Source: Orbicella franksi (taxonomy: Eukaryota). From it: DNA of 64,000 bases. The notes beneath the pieces were generated by a model. It was not told the origin of the DNA. It ran no database searches and was given only the letters and a program-made list of their open reading frames with translations. Each line of letters begins with the position of its first letter. The first letter of the stretch is position 1. Below, in pieces: positions 27,701 to 38,749 of this stretch. Made by a program: the position numbers and the translations under genes. The stretch is taken from assembly GCA_964199315.1 (NCBI GenBank), contig OZ116700.1, positions 5,394,001 to 5,458,000 of the forward strand, given 5' to 3'.

Positions 27701-30700
27701 CTAATTGATTTAGTATAAATCTACTATTGGTTCAACACTTGATCTAAATCCTCTTCAAGCACACTGCGAAAATGCAAAAAAGCAGCTGCCAGTTTGTTAA
27801 CAAGCTCTCACTGCTAGGCTACTCACTATCTACAACAGAATAGATAGTGAGTAGCGTAGCCAATCAGAGAATGTCATTCACAATAGAACGCTAGTAGATT
27901 TATACTAAAAAGAGTTAGCAGGACATAGCAGAGTTCAATTGTAATTTGTCACCCCTTTTAATCTTCTGACCTACCCACTTAAGAGAAGGAATTTTAAACT
28001 GTTATCATTTTCAACAGAATCAAGTATCCTCTTGACTCCTTGCCAAAGTTTATCGTTATTGTGCACAGCATAAAAGTGATATTCCATTTGAAAACCAACA
28101 ACTTGGTAAATCAAGAATACCCAAATTTAGCCAAATAATATACATGTACCCATCAACTCTCACGTCTTAGGCACAAGTCTCACTCCTGCAGGCAAAAACT
28201 TTGTTTTCTTGCCTCCTCACACCTACGGATCAATTTCTCAAACTTTGAGCTGTTACAGTCTTGAATGACACACTTGACACACAAAGAGATGCCAACCTAA
28301 AAAAAATTGAAATCCGGGAAATATTTGCCAATTTTATCTTCTCAACCAGGCTGAAAAATACCTTGTTGAGAGTGGAGTTTTGCCGATTCAACCTCAAAAA
28401 GAATCAAATATTCAAATATTTTCCCCTGAAAATACCAAAAATTTAGCCAAAATAAAGTGGAATGTACTTTAAAGCTCTCTCCTTCACATCCAGGAGATTT
28501 GGTGACCCGTATGGGAGGCCAGGAGATTCGGCCTGTGTCTGGGAAACTTCCAAATAATCCAGGAGAGTTGGCATAGATACACGTACGGACTTATTACAAA
28601 TGTATAAAAGAAAAAGTAAATACAAAAAGGAAAGTCTGCCCCTCGTTTTCCAATTCATACGGGAAAAGCACTGATGACAGCATTATATTTGGTGAAACAC
28701 ATCCTTGGACTAGGATGGGAAAATGCTTGAAATGTCAAGATTAAGAAATCTTTGGAATGTTCTCAGGATGTCACTGGTCCGGTCTCCTTTGAAAATCCGT
28801 GCACCTCCAGGATATAAATCTCATGTACACCTTTGACTCAGAAAAAGTCAGCATGTATTAAAATGAGAGGAGAAATGAGATACTTTAAGTATTAATTTTT
28901 TACTTCAGATCCAGGAAATCTGATGATAACCTGTACAGGAGCTAGACCAGGAGATTCAGTCTGCATTAAAGTAAGCATATGTGTACAGAACTGTACTTGT
29001 TAATTTTCAACAAAAGAAATGCAAAGCTTTTTTCATTTCAAGGTTTCAAGCTTGGTACATTTCATTTATAGCCCATTCCAGAAATCAAACAGATCACACA
29101 GGATGTAGTAAAATCTCAACATCAAGGCAGAACTTTACGAACATCTGTGCTTCAACTGGTTAGGGTATATACTGGTAACAACTTCAAAACAGTGGATTGT
29201 TGCGTATCTAAAGTCAATATTAATGTGAAGCTAATGGAATAATTTATTATTTAAAAAAAATTCTGATAAGTTACAAACCTGAGTTTTAAATAACTATGCC
29301 TATGTTGGTTATCCTATATCGCAGTCCTTAAAAATTAGTCAAGTCTTAATGTGTGTTTTGAACAAGATGTTCCTGGATAAACAGAACTTACAATGTAGAA
29401 CACACACAGCCAGACAGGTATCAAATTAAAGGGTTTAGTTAATTAACATTATACCTGCCAGCATGCAATTACATACCAGTAATTAACTATATATACATGT
29501 ATACAATGTGCTGTAAAGTGTACATACCGCCATATTGGCTGAAACATTTTAATTTAGAGAAAGCAGCAAAATCTGTTATTGGCAAAACCTTTATTACACA
29601 TCTGTCTGTTTTGCCTATTTGTTTCTTTGTGAAATGCTATGTCACAAAGGTGGCAAACCATTATTTATTGCACAATTCAGTATATCCTTAGGAAGACGTT
29701 GCATGATATCTCCTACTCTATGGTGAATTAGAAAATTAATGTGATCTGTTCAGTCTAAATGTAGATTAAAATAAACATTTAACACCTGAACATTTAATGT
29801 CCAGTCAATATAACCACATCCACAGTTCAAAGCTTGCTCATAAGGAAGAAATATGAAATTTTATGTTCTGTATGTACACGCTGTAAGAGGTTCACAAACA
29901 AAAATCATAGACTAAACGTAACGCTGAGAATTCCACTAATACCTCCAGCGGAAACAATGATGATTTAAAAAACATTCAAACAAAAAAAGGTTATAAAAAT
30001 ATTGCCTTTTTTGTTTGAGAGTGACAAAACTTGACAAGTCAGCTCTGAAAGTCTGGTATACGTGACTTCAAATTTCAACAACTGTTTAACTTTCTAAATG
30101 CACATTACTCGCAAAACTAACAAACCACACTCATCGCCAAATAAACCAATTTCAAAAACTTTCCTTTGAGCCAAAAATAAACATAAAGTTGAGCATCAGC
30201 ATTGCAAATGGTAAACTTATGATATTTTCTACTTATTATTGCGAATTTCTTTGATTTTGTAAAAAGACAACACAAATTAAGGGGGTGCTACATATCTCTG
30301 TTATCTAGCTGAATTCTTTTATCTGATGAAACACTAACTTCAAACCAGAGCCAAGCACGTTCAGTTTGGGGTAGGCCACTTAGTGTCTATTAACCAATCA
30401 GTCTGAACTATTTTTTTTTTACCACAGGTAAATTTTGTTGCAAACTTGTCACATTTCCTTATTACATTGGGGTGCCAAGCGAGGGGGGGGGGGGGGGAGG
30501 GGGATTGGATGACTAGCCAAACCCCTTTTGGAGAAGTAAAAAATCAAAACAATGAAAAAGATTGTGAATATTAAGGCAGAAATAAAGGCAAACACCTTGT
30601 ACGGGTACCTCAGTGCAATTTCTACTTTGTGGAATTGCTAGTCTTTCTGGTGTAACAGCTTTTGATTCCAATTCTCAAATCGCAACATTTCGAGGGGCAT

Positions 30701-32064
30701 GCCCCATTGACTCAGCAACCCCAAGGAACCAGCAACCACCCCTTAAAAAATCCTGTATCTGCCCCTGGGTATCCCCCCTCCCAATTTATTGGTATGATGT
30801 AGAAATCTTATGGTAGTAGTGATCAACAGCTGTCCACCATTGTTTTTAAAAAAAGATAATGAAACATCTACTTCCAGTTAGAGAGTGCCATACAACTGGC
30901 ATTTATCCCAATTTTAGTAGCGTTGTCTAATAGAAGTTATTCTACTCCCCCCTGGATGAGATGCTAGTCCATTGCAGGGCTACCTTCATAATTTATTTTT
31001 CTGATCCACATTTATACACATTTATTTACTTTTTCAGAGTGGCTACATGCAGGACGAGCCGTGCCTCAGGGAAGCGTCCTCAGTCCCATGTTTTTCAATA
31101 TTTTCATAAGTGACATTTTCCTGTTTTGTGGGGATGTTAAGTTAAATGCTTATGCAGACAATCACCAAATATATTCAGTGGACAGTGATCCTGTTGCGCT
31201 ACATGGGCGCATGCGTAACGCAGTCGAGACAGCAAACCTTTGGTACCGGCAAAATGGAATTTTGGCCAATGAAAGCAAACATCAGGCTTTGATCCTGGGA
31301 AAATCGGAACACACCTTCTTGTTTCCTACAAAGGACTCAATTGACATCTTAGGAATGAACATTGATAACAATTTAAATTTTCACAAAGTCAACAACCAGT
31401 TTAATGTAATGCTTAGGTTCAGAAACCTCATTCCAAAGACATTTTAGTGAAACTGTATAAGACCTACATACTCCTTCATTTTGATAATTGCTCAACAGTT
31501 TGGCACTTTTGCAGTGCAAACAACAGGGACAAAATAGAAGCTCTTAACAAAAGGATTCTGAGATTCATTCTAGCGATTTTGAATCGCCTTATAATGTGCT
31601 GCTAGACAGGGTAAACTGTCTCCAACTTCATGATCAGCGCATCTGTAAATTCCTTACTATTTTGTACAAAAGTCTATTTTTTACTAGCTATCCGACCTAT
31701 ACGAGAAACATGTTCTCGTTCCATTCTACTTCATACAACATGCGTGGAAACTATGTACTGGAAATGCCCAAACCTAAAACTACAACTTTTGGTCTCCACT
31801 CCTTTACTTATCTGGCAACAAAAGAATGGAATTCTCTACCCAATTTTATAAGGTTATGTAACTTCTCAGACTTCAAAAAGCACATCAGTAAAGCCAATTC
31901 ATGAAACATGTAAATGACAATTTTATAATTAGTTAATATAAGTCAATTGTAAATATGCAAATAGCAATTTCTATTTTAATTTTTCGTTATCAAATATTTT
32001 GTTCTCGGAAATATTAGCTTGTCAAGCCACTCTGAAATTCGAGCTTAAATAAAGTTTGTGTATG

Positions 32065-32095
<31 letters not shown>

Positions 32096-34168
32096 GGTGA
32101 AGAGAGGCATTGTGAGAGTAACATGTATCTCCTAAGAAAACAACATGACACCCCCCCCCCCCCCACCTAACAATCTACCACACTAACCATTGGCCACTGT
32201 GCCTCCACTTCCTCACTACTTCTGTTCAGTGGTTGTACTTCATTGAATCTCTTTTCTAGTACTCAGCCGTTTAGTTTATGCATATCTCTGTTTAATTGTT
32301 GTTGTTGTTTTTTTCCAAATTGCATTTACAACACAATTTTTTTTTTCAAAAAATACATTTTTGTTACAGTACAATGGTGGCACAAACATCATCAGAGCTT
32401 GATTAAGATGTGTACAACAACTCTTGACTATTTTAATTTGTTTGTTTATTTATGGGAATCTCCTGTTCTGGAAATAAAAACGGATTGAATTTCTTGCGGG
32501 TTTAATAGCATATTGTGTAATCAGAATTCAAAAAATCTAATAAATGCACTAAAAGAAAATTTCATTGACAAGCAGCTCCATAGACAAAACCCAACTTCGT
32601 TGAAATACTACTTCAGCATAGCAATGTATTCAGTAATCAATGAAAAAGGAATGGAACTTTTAATGAATCCGTTTTGCAATCGCCGGAAATAAAAGGCTAT
32701 TTGAAAACTACAATCATGTATCTAATAACCAGACTTCAGCGACATATTGCCTTTGCATATTCTTTGCAATATACTAAGACTCATTTAAAGCCAATTTCTT
32801 TGTTTTATTTCAAATGGAGAGCAATTAATTTTCAGCTGAATCTTCCACTGTTAATGAAATAGACAAGTGAATATCATATGTAAATATCTTCTTGTGATCA
32901 ACTATGCAGAAGACAATTGCCGGTAAACACTGTACGCTTTCACTGTATTTACCTAAAAAGCTTTGCTTTGGTTACTTTTGCCATAGTTTTGCGTTGAATT
33001 TCAGGCGCGTGTCCAAGAATTAACCCGAAAACCACAGAAGCCACAAAATTATACCAGCCTATTTCAAAGCTTAAGTATTTTTTAAGTGTGTTCAGCCTCC
33101 TATGAATAATAACTACGGCATTTTCAACAACTTTCCGATCGATTAGCTCCTTATAAAAAGGGCGATCGTTACAACGTAGCACTAAATTGAAAGCTTTCCA
33201 TGATGTCGTGTATTCTTGCAACGCAAATATCAGATAATCGGAGAGAAGTCTTGAAACTTGTTGACCACTAGCATGGAGGAGGGTTCTAGACCGGAACAGG
33301 GCCATTGAGTGTAGGAAATGACGAATTGACAAAGGGTCAAATTTAATACACTGAGCTGATTTAAAAATCACGCACTTGATCAACACCAATGATCTGGGTA
33401 TTTTATTGTTTTGGAATCCTTTCAAAGTACCTTGAAGAGTGCATGCCGAAGTATACGGACCGAACTTCCCGCTTTTTGTCTGCCCAATTCTACATCTATG
33501 TTTTCCCAGTGTGGAGCCATTCACGATCACCAAAACACAACATCCTCTCGACTGTATAAGGCTCGACACACTGGTGCAGAATTAACATGTTTCACAAAAC
33601 GTTTCCGCAATAAACCACAGATTTTATAAACTAATTCGATTTCATGGTATGCAAAGCGTATTTTCCGCAAGAAACGATTCGAATGCAGGATAAAAACTTC
33701 GCAGAATCGACGACAGACGTTTTGAAATCAACACGCCGCACTGCAATTCAACTACATTGCAATATTCCAACTCCGAACCCAACTGCTCATTTAAACGACA
33801 CAAAATTCCTAGAAACACAAAATATGCGGTAACTAAGAAAGCCCAGACAGACTAACACGCACCAATATAGAGTGGGCCACAATCCAACATGTAAAAACAG
33901 AGCATTCTAGAACTACTTTCATCAATATCACTTGGTTCATGCATAGACTTCCTAGCTATTATAGACAACTTACCAATCTTGGTTTTCCATCTGGAAGGAT
34001 CGCTTTGACCATAAAAGTCTGTCCCTGCCCTTCATCCATACGGAGTATGTTTAATACTCCCAGCAGTGTTTGATCCGTCATTGATCTTGTTCGATTTAAA
34101 AGCGAGATTGTAGACGTGAACGAGTGTTTTCGCTGTCTTGTTTTCGTACTCGTGCTGGCAGTCGCCAT
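12710..34168 (-). CDS. Spliced gene: RBD-like (ubiquitin-fold) domain plus degenerate DH/RhoGEF domain protein, 3' end unresolved
   Basis: Nine exons join in phase: 33974-34168, 26117-26324, 25335-25437, 24660-24744, 24375-24420, 23902-23977, 21617-21719, 14208-14318, 12710-12754 (972 nt, 324 aa). RBD-like FMVKAILPDGKPRL|LSAERNMTVRDLVAGICQEYNL; DH-like RCVKELVYAEEVY, TLFATLEPI, WNSASTGIGAIY, LDSLLLKP|VQH, LLEKTPETHRDY. Introns are GT-AG except one GC-AG. Confidence 0.85.
12905..13500 (-). mobile_element. Old degenerate SINE copy, split by about 320 bp of unrelated sequence
   Basis: Body at about 13330-13500 (cctgggtggag...tgtgagagtaaag...aacacaat) and tail at about 12905-12990. Confidence 0.55.
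13940..14177. mobile_element. Foldback/MITE with about 75-bp imperfect TIRs
   Basis: gaccatttcacagttgt...gcgaggctggaggtgaccttg versus caaggtcaccttcagcctcgc...caactgtaaaatggcc. Confidence 0.8.
14208..14318 (-). CDS. RBD-RhoGEF exon H (VQHVVECERILSNLLEKTPETHRDY...FKQ)
   Basis: Acceptor gtgatttcag; donor CAG|GTTTGC; 111 nt, phase 0-0. Confidence 0.9.
14400..14488. repeat. Perfect 34-bp inverted repeat with 21-nt loop (terminus of a longer repeat extending to about 14850)
   Basis: GGGGTTAGTCGGTCTGTATGGGAGAATCTTGACC (14400-14433) is the exact reverse complement of 14455-14488. Confidence 0.95.
14728..14775. repeat. 12-bp tandem repeat (CCGGTCTAGATG) x4
   Basis: Directly visible; explains the RCRS-repeat ORF in the track. 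Confidence 0.95.
16655..16774 (-). CDS. Candidate alternative first or cassette exon, polybasic (MSPQRRRRFRKLSSRIRKSFRAAKRWKSSFRVRRRSSTFR)
   Basis: ATG at 16774; donor CGG|GTAAGC phase 0; acceptor-like tctccacag ending at 16763; lies in a phase-0 intron of the RhoGEF gene. Confidence 0.4.
21617..21719 (-). CDS. RBD-RhoGEF exon G (LMRQKREN...LDSLLLKP)
   Basis: Acceptor ttttgattgcag phase 2; donor CCA|GTGGGT phase 0; DH CR3 motif. Confidence 0.9.
21859..22263. mobile_element. MITE rich in ATCGAAC/GTTCGAT motifs
   Basis: TIRs CCAGGTATAGTCAACCGAAC / GTTCGATTGAAAATGCCGGG (15 of 20 match). Confidence 0.8.
22514..22922. mobile_element. Non-autonomous DNA transposon with TTAA duplication (Kolobok-like)
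   Basis: TTAA|GGCGGGGGTACACA ... TGTTAACCCCCGCC|TTAA. Confidence 0.7.
23354..23678. mobile_element. MITE with GGGTGCTTTCCAT TIRs
   Basis: Perfect 13-bp TIR; source of the spurious ORFs at 23260-23867. Confidence 0.8.
23902..23977 (-). CDS. RBD-RhoGEF exon F (AIYAEFPLFWERYNDYYLAFKFAR)
   Basis: Acceptor ttctatttcag phase 1; non-canonical donor AG|GCAAGA phase 2. Confidence 0.8.
24375..24420 (-). CDS. RBD-RhoGEF exon E (VEEAANNWNSASTGI)
   Basis: Acceptor gtcattccag phase 0; donor G|GTAAAA phase 1; DH W...IG motif. Confidence 0.85.
24660..24744 (-). CDS. RBD-RhoGEF exon D (GKITRAEHHTLFATLEPICSLNSALYAK)
   Basis: Acceptor ttttctttgcag phase 2; donor AAG|GTAAGT phase 0. Confidence 0.9.
25335..25437 (-). 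CDS. RBD-RhoGEF exon C (DH CR1: KDDRLRCVKELVYAEEVY...EPL)
   Basis: Acceptor ttgtttatgacag phase 1; donor AG|GTAAAC phase 2. Confidence 0.9.
26117..26324 (-). CDS. RBD-RhoGEF exon B (LSAERNMTVRDLV...DNLHT)
   Basis: Acceptor tctatatacag phase 0; donor A|GTGAGT phase 1; completes the RBD-like motif. Confidence 0.85.
27709..27909. mobile_element. MITE with perfect 18-bp TIRs
   Basis: TTTAGTATAAATCTACTA (27709-27726) / TAGTAGATTTATACTAAA (27892-27909). Confidence 0.85.
30931..32210 (-). mobile_element. SINE interrupted by a LINE insertion
   Basis: SINE sequence stops at tttatacac (about 31019) and resumes at ggtgaagagaggcattgtgagagt (about 32096). Confidence 0.75.
31021..32094 (+). mobile_element. 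5'-truncated, degenerate non-LTR retrotransposon (L2/CR1-group reverse transcriptase relic)
   Basis: VPQGSVLSP.FFNIFISD, YADN (for YADD), C-terminal YNMRG..PKPKTTTFGLHSF.Y...WNSLP; frameshifts; AATAAA at 32048; (TGTA)9 tail at 32059-32094. Confidence 0.92.
32949..33569 (-). CDS. Orphan 206-codon ORF inside a RhoGEF intron
   Basis: Long open frame in AT-rich DNA; first ATG only at 33305; no recognisable domain. Confidence 0.3.
   Translation of the reverse strand: MSSLIQSRGCCVLVIVNGSTLGKHRCRIGQTKSGKFGPYTSACTLQGTLKGFQNNKIPRSLVLIKCVIFKSAQCIKFDPLSIRHFLHSMALFRSRTLLHASGQQVSRLLSDYLIFALQEYTTSWKAFNLVLRCNDRPFYKELIDRKVVENAVVIIHRRLNTLKKYLSFEIGWYNFVASVVFGLILGHAPEIQRKTMAKVTKAKLFR
33974..34168 (-). CDS. 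RBD-RhoGEF exon A (MATAST...LPDGKPRL)
   Basis: aacATGg start at 34168; donor TTG|GTAAGT, phase 0; an acceptor-like ttttgactgtag ends at 34198, so upstream exons may exist. Confidence 0.8.
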
Positions 34169-36847
34169 GTTGTAGCGGAGACTCGGGCTACTGAACGCTA
34201 CAGTCAAAACAATACAGAACAACTAAGAATCAGTCTTTTTGCACTGAAGGTGTCCATCGCGAAATACTCGTAGCTGAATGTATAAACATTTCTAGGTCCT
34301 TCGCCCGCGAATCGCGAGCATAAAACGGAATCAATGGTTGACTTTGCTCTAACGAGAGATTTGTCACTCACGTTCAGCAGCGAAGTCAGTGGAGCGTGAA
34401 CTATGTACAAAACAATGCGGTTCGGCTTATCTATCAGCAATTTGATACACCCTAAAAGCCTCAGTCCAGCCGGGCAATTAGAATTCGGGGGTACATAAAT
34501 TACCATCATTATCCCATCAAACCAACGATTAGGTTTAAGCCGGAACAAACACATAGAACTGAAGAAAATAGGAAGATTTGAATTAGTATTATTGACTTTT
34601 AGCAAAGTCGTGTCCTTTCGAAATAAATTGTTCGTGAAAAACCATGAACCGTTTCCCGTCAAAAGCAAGGAAAATCAAAATCAAGGAAAGTGCGATCGAA
34701 CAATGTCAAAGTTCCAAAAAAGCAAACATTAGTAAAGAAAGCCAATACACAAGTATGTAAATTAAAGTGCTGATTTAGCAAAGAGCGATCTTTAAAGCTG
34801 AGAAGGGCTCCGCTGGTTCAGTAGCTATTTTTACCCAGCTAATTTAATCCGAGCATACATTTTGACGACAGAAGTGGCGAGCTGAATGTCCAAAGTCGTT
34901 GACTTTTATTTGCACGCGATGCGACTGATGACAAACATTGGTTTAATTTGACCTTTACAAAATTTTCCAAACACTTGATACTAGATTTGATACTTCAATG
35001 TCGCTGAGTTTTACGTGTGTAAAAAGCTAATTAAGTATTTGGAAGACAAACATGTGACCCGAGTTGGCCTCTCGCAACTGTTTCCTCTTGGAAACTCCCA
35101 AAAACACAGCTTACAAATAAACAAGTCTAGGGCTTGCCTTGGAATTTCCTGCCGCAGAAATAGCAAAAGAAAATAAGGGGACCCTTCATTTTCTCTTGGC
35201 GTAGATATTATAAATAACACCTGGGCAACTATGAAGGAACTTTTACCCATTTTTTCCGTCATCAGACAGTACAGATTTTGAAGAACTGAACGCTGTTCAA
35301 ATGAAGGTAGACGATTACAAAGGTACCAATTTCAAAGCGACACTGATATCGGAATTTTTCATGTTTTGGACACCGGTTTAGGCAATTAGACTTTTTTTGG
35401 CGGGGGGGGGGGGGAGAGGGGTGGGGAGGGCGGAGGAGTATCCCCACATATAACCTAAACCGGTTAGGGTGTGATTTCTACAAGGAAAATGTCGGCTTTG
35501 GGCCTGGCAAAAATTGCTGCGGATACAAATGTTTTCAAGATTAGCCAAGCGGGATTCACGGGAGACAGATGATGGTTTCAGAAGTAAAACATACCTCAAG
35601 GTACAAAAAAAATGTTTTTGAAGTTCTCAAGAAGGGTTTTCTTTTTTTCCTAAAAGAAAAACATTCCGCTGAATCACATCTCCCACGTGGATGAAACAGA
35701 AAATATTTGCTTCCGCAAGGAATGTTTCCCAGTTTAGCCAGCCGCCCATTTAAGCTTTTGCACTTTGGCTGGATTCAAACCACATGCGAAGGAAAAAAAC
35801 ACGATCTACAGTAAACAATTGCGGTAATCCGTTTAACGTACAAGCCAGCCGGTATCTTCAATTAGCTAGGTCACAGTTTGTAAAAATAGTCGTTGCAACA
35901 AAGTTGTCTCGTAACACCTCAAGCCTTGGCCTTTCACATTACCTGTGAAAACACTTAGCGACTTAATATTAAAATGGATCAATAACACAAGTTCAAAAGG
36001 ATGTAAACTAAGCTGCTCATCAAATGTTTGCGAAGGGAAAGGTCAACCAAAGAAATCCGCTTAAGATGTGATTGCTTTACTCGATTTCAGCAGTTCTGTT
36101 GGTTTCAGCGATGAAACTAAAACAAAACACGGTTATTTTCCGACGCAAACCCGAAGTGTTTGACATTCTCGTTCTCTAATCACACAACTAGCACGAGCAT
36201 TCCGAAAATGTCACTTGAACTTGTCGCCATAAGGAAACGCCGTGTTACTTAGCAACAACCTCGTAAGACTACGGGCTCACCAGAGTTTACCCACTGTACT
36301 CTGTGAGCGGGTTGGAGTGAAGAATACCCTATTTAGCGCAGCAGTAGAAACCTCCAGCTCGCCCTCTCGCCGTCTTAATGTCACATATATCACAACTAGC
36401 ACTAAGTTAGATCAGAGGGAGAGTTACACAGACTATACATGACAGTTTTTTTCTGAAATAATTTGGTTCAATTGCGTATTTAAGATGTTTTTCGATTTCT
36501 TCCGATTCCTTCTTACATTTTTCCGTTTCCCGTTTTTCTTTTTTGTAAACGACAGACGTGAGTAAACACTAATTTAGTCGTTTCACAGTCGATATCAGAA
36601 TTACACAAAACAGCCTTCAATGCCGGACGGGCCCATTTTGGTTATCTTCGGAGATCTGAGGGAGTGAATTCGAAGACATTCCCATCAGGCAATCGTGACC
36701 ACTTGACGAAAATTCTCGAGATTCTTCAAAATTGTAACATCTCGCGTTAACGGATTCTGTTCATTTCCCTCAACCACGAAAGCCTCTTAACTTATTTCTG
36801 AAAATGAGAATTTGTCCTTAATGACCAAATCTGTTGACAGGGTCTCT

Positions 36848-37228
36848 TCGGGCGTCCAAAACACAGAAAGCCGGAGGAAATTGGAAAGCGCAGCTTTCTG
36901 TCTACGATTAGGCCTACCGTCCACACTAATCCGCCACGAAAACGAAGCTTTTCGAAAACGCTCTTCAAACCGGAAGAATTTGAAAACGCAGGCTTTGTGT
37001 TTTAGTGTGGACGGAAAGCAATTTGAAAATAGAACATTTCGAAAACGATGACGTAACATAACCATGTGATTTCCCTGTTCGAGTCTTCCTCAAACACAAA
37101 TCCAAAATGACCGGTGATTGTTGCGTTTTAAAATTTCTCCGGCGTAGTGTGGGCGGAAAACATTTGAGGCGTTTTTCAGAGTGAAAACGCCGCTTTCAAA
37201 TTTTTCCGGCTTAGTGTGGACGAAGCCT
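36848..37228. mobile_element. MITE with CGTCCACAC/GTGTGGACG motifs (PIF/Harbinger-like)
   Basis: Repeated CCGTCCACAC, GTGTGGACG and TTTGAAAACG motifs; terminus GTGTGGACGAAGCCT. Confidence 0.7.
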
Positions 37229-37559
37229 AGGTGACAAAAGTTTTGCCAATCACGAATCAGTTCAAAACGTCGTGGCTGCCAGTTAAGGTACATCGAAGTC
37301 GCGTGAAAATATGCGAAAGAAGAAAATTTGATCTCTTTGTAAGTCAAGTGCTGGCTCTCTCGAGAGCGACAGATAAACGATAACATAACATCCTCAGCCA
37401 AAACACTTAGGACTCTCAAGAGCTAAAATTAATTTTGAAAACGATGCAAAAACAAATATTTTTCCCCTTTACAGACCTGAGCGCTCACGAGAAATTTCGT
37501 AGAATGCAAGTTGTGGTAACTCTGGAGGCCTAAATCCCTGAGGCTTTTGCTTTGAAGGC

Positions 37560-37857
37560 TAGCCTGCAGTGCAGGCGTCTTATTGGGGCGAGTTAGCGTT
37601 ACAACCTTGCGACCGCCTTTTTAGACCGCCATGTTAGACCGCCATGTTAGACGGTGGGGGATGGGGAAGGGGAAAAATGAGAAGAGATTTTCTTCGCTCC
37701 ACCCCTCCCCTATCTTTCCTCTTGCCTATCATTCACCCCCTTGGTAAAACTTTCTTTCTCTCCCCAGTCTTTCACTGCATGAAAAATTCAAGATGGCGGC
37801 TAAACTTTTTACGATGTGAGCGCTCGCTCGAAAAAATCTCGCCTGCTCTGCAGGCTA
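37560..37857. mobile_element. MITE with TAGCCTGCAG TIRs
   Basis: TAGCCTGCAGTGCAGGCG / CGCCTGCTCTGCAGGCTA; internal TTAGACCGCCATG duplication. Confidence 0.8.
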
Positions 37858-38749
37858 TTTGAAGGCAGTCTAGTCTCTCCGATAATACTTCCAGCTAAAC
37901 GTATCTTTTTATTACGCTTCGGTGGCATATCAGGTGCGTTAAATCGAGTCAGGGTTCCTACTTTGGTAAGACTCGGTCAAGCCAAATTACCCAAAGCGAG
38001 ACCAAAATAACCTGATAAGCCACCGAAACGGTACTCAAAAAGTACGATCAAGTATTTAACGCCCATAAATTTGGCCAAAAATATCACGATGTCAAGTCAG
38101 TGACTTGATAAGGAGGAAATCGGTACCGAGAGTAGACACGGCTTCCTATTGGCTAATTTTGAATGTGAGTCAGGTAAAGAAAATACGTTGACTAGCCCTG
38201 GAGCCCTAGTTTTGTTTTCTCTCTCTGTCTCTCTTCGGAGTCCCGCATTTTGTTTTTGTCAGGTCCAGGAGCCTAGAGACTACTTAAAGCAAAGCAAACG
38301 TCGATATTTCTATTTTTATCTCCTCTCTGAGTAACTGATACCTCATGTGTATTTCATTTCCAACGTTTCATGTTGGCTGGCATCGCGAAATGGTCAGAAT
38401 TAAAGCAGTATTAACATAAATCCAAAAATCTGCAATGTTGTTATTACTTGTTAACATTCCTTTTTAAAAGTTGTGGTAAACGCACATAAATTATTGTTGT
38501 GGTAAATATATATAAAATAAACCCACATATGCCGTCTTCAGGTAATCAATCGATCTGTATAACATAGTATGTTAACAAGTAAATACAAAATTATGTCTGG
38601 TCGATACGTGAATTATAAATAGCTTTTTATCGACACTTGTCTTGTTTTCAAACAATCGGTAAGCCGACAACCCAAAGAATTAAAGATATTGGATATAACT
38701 TTTTGAAGCAGCCTGCTTTTAAAATTCCTGTGTTAAAGTTTGTTTGAAG

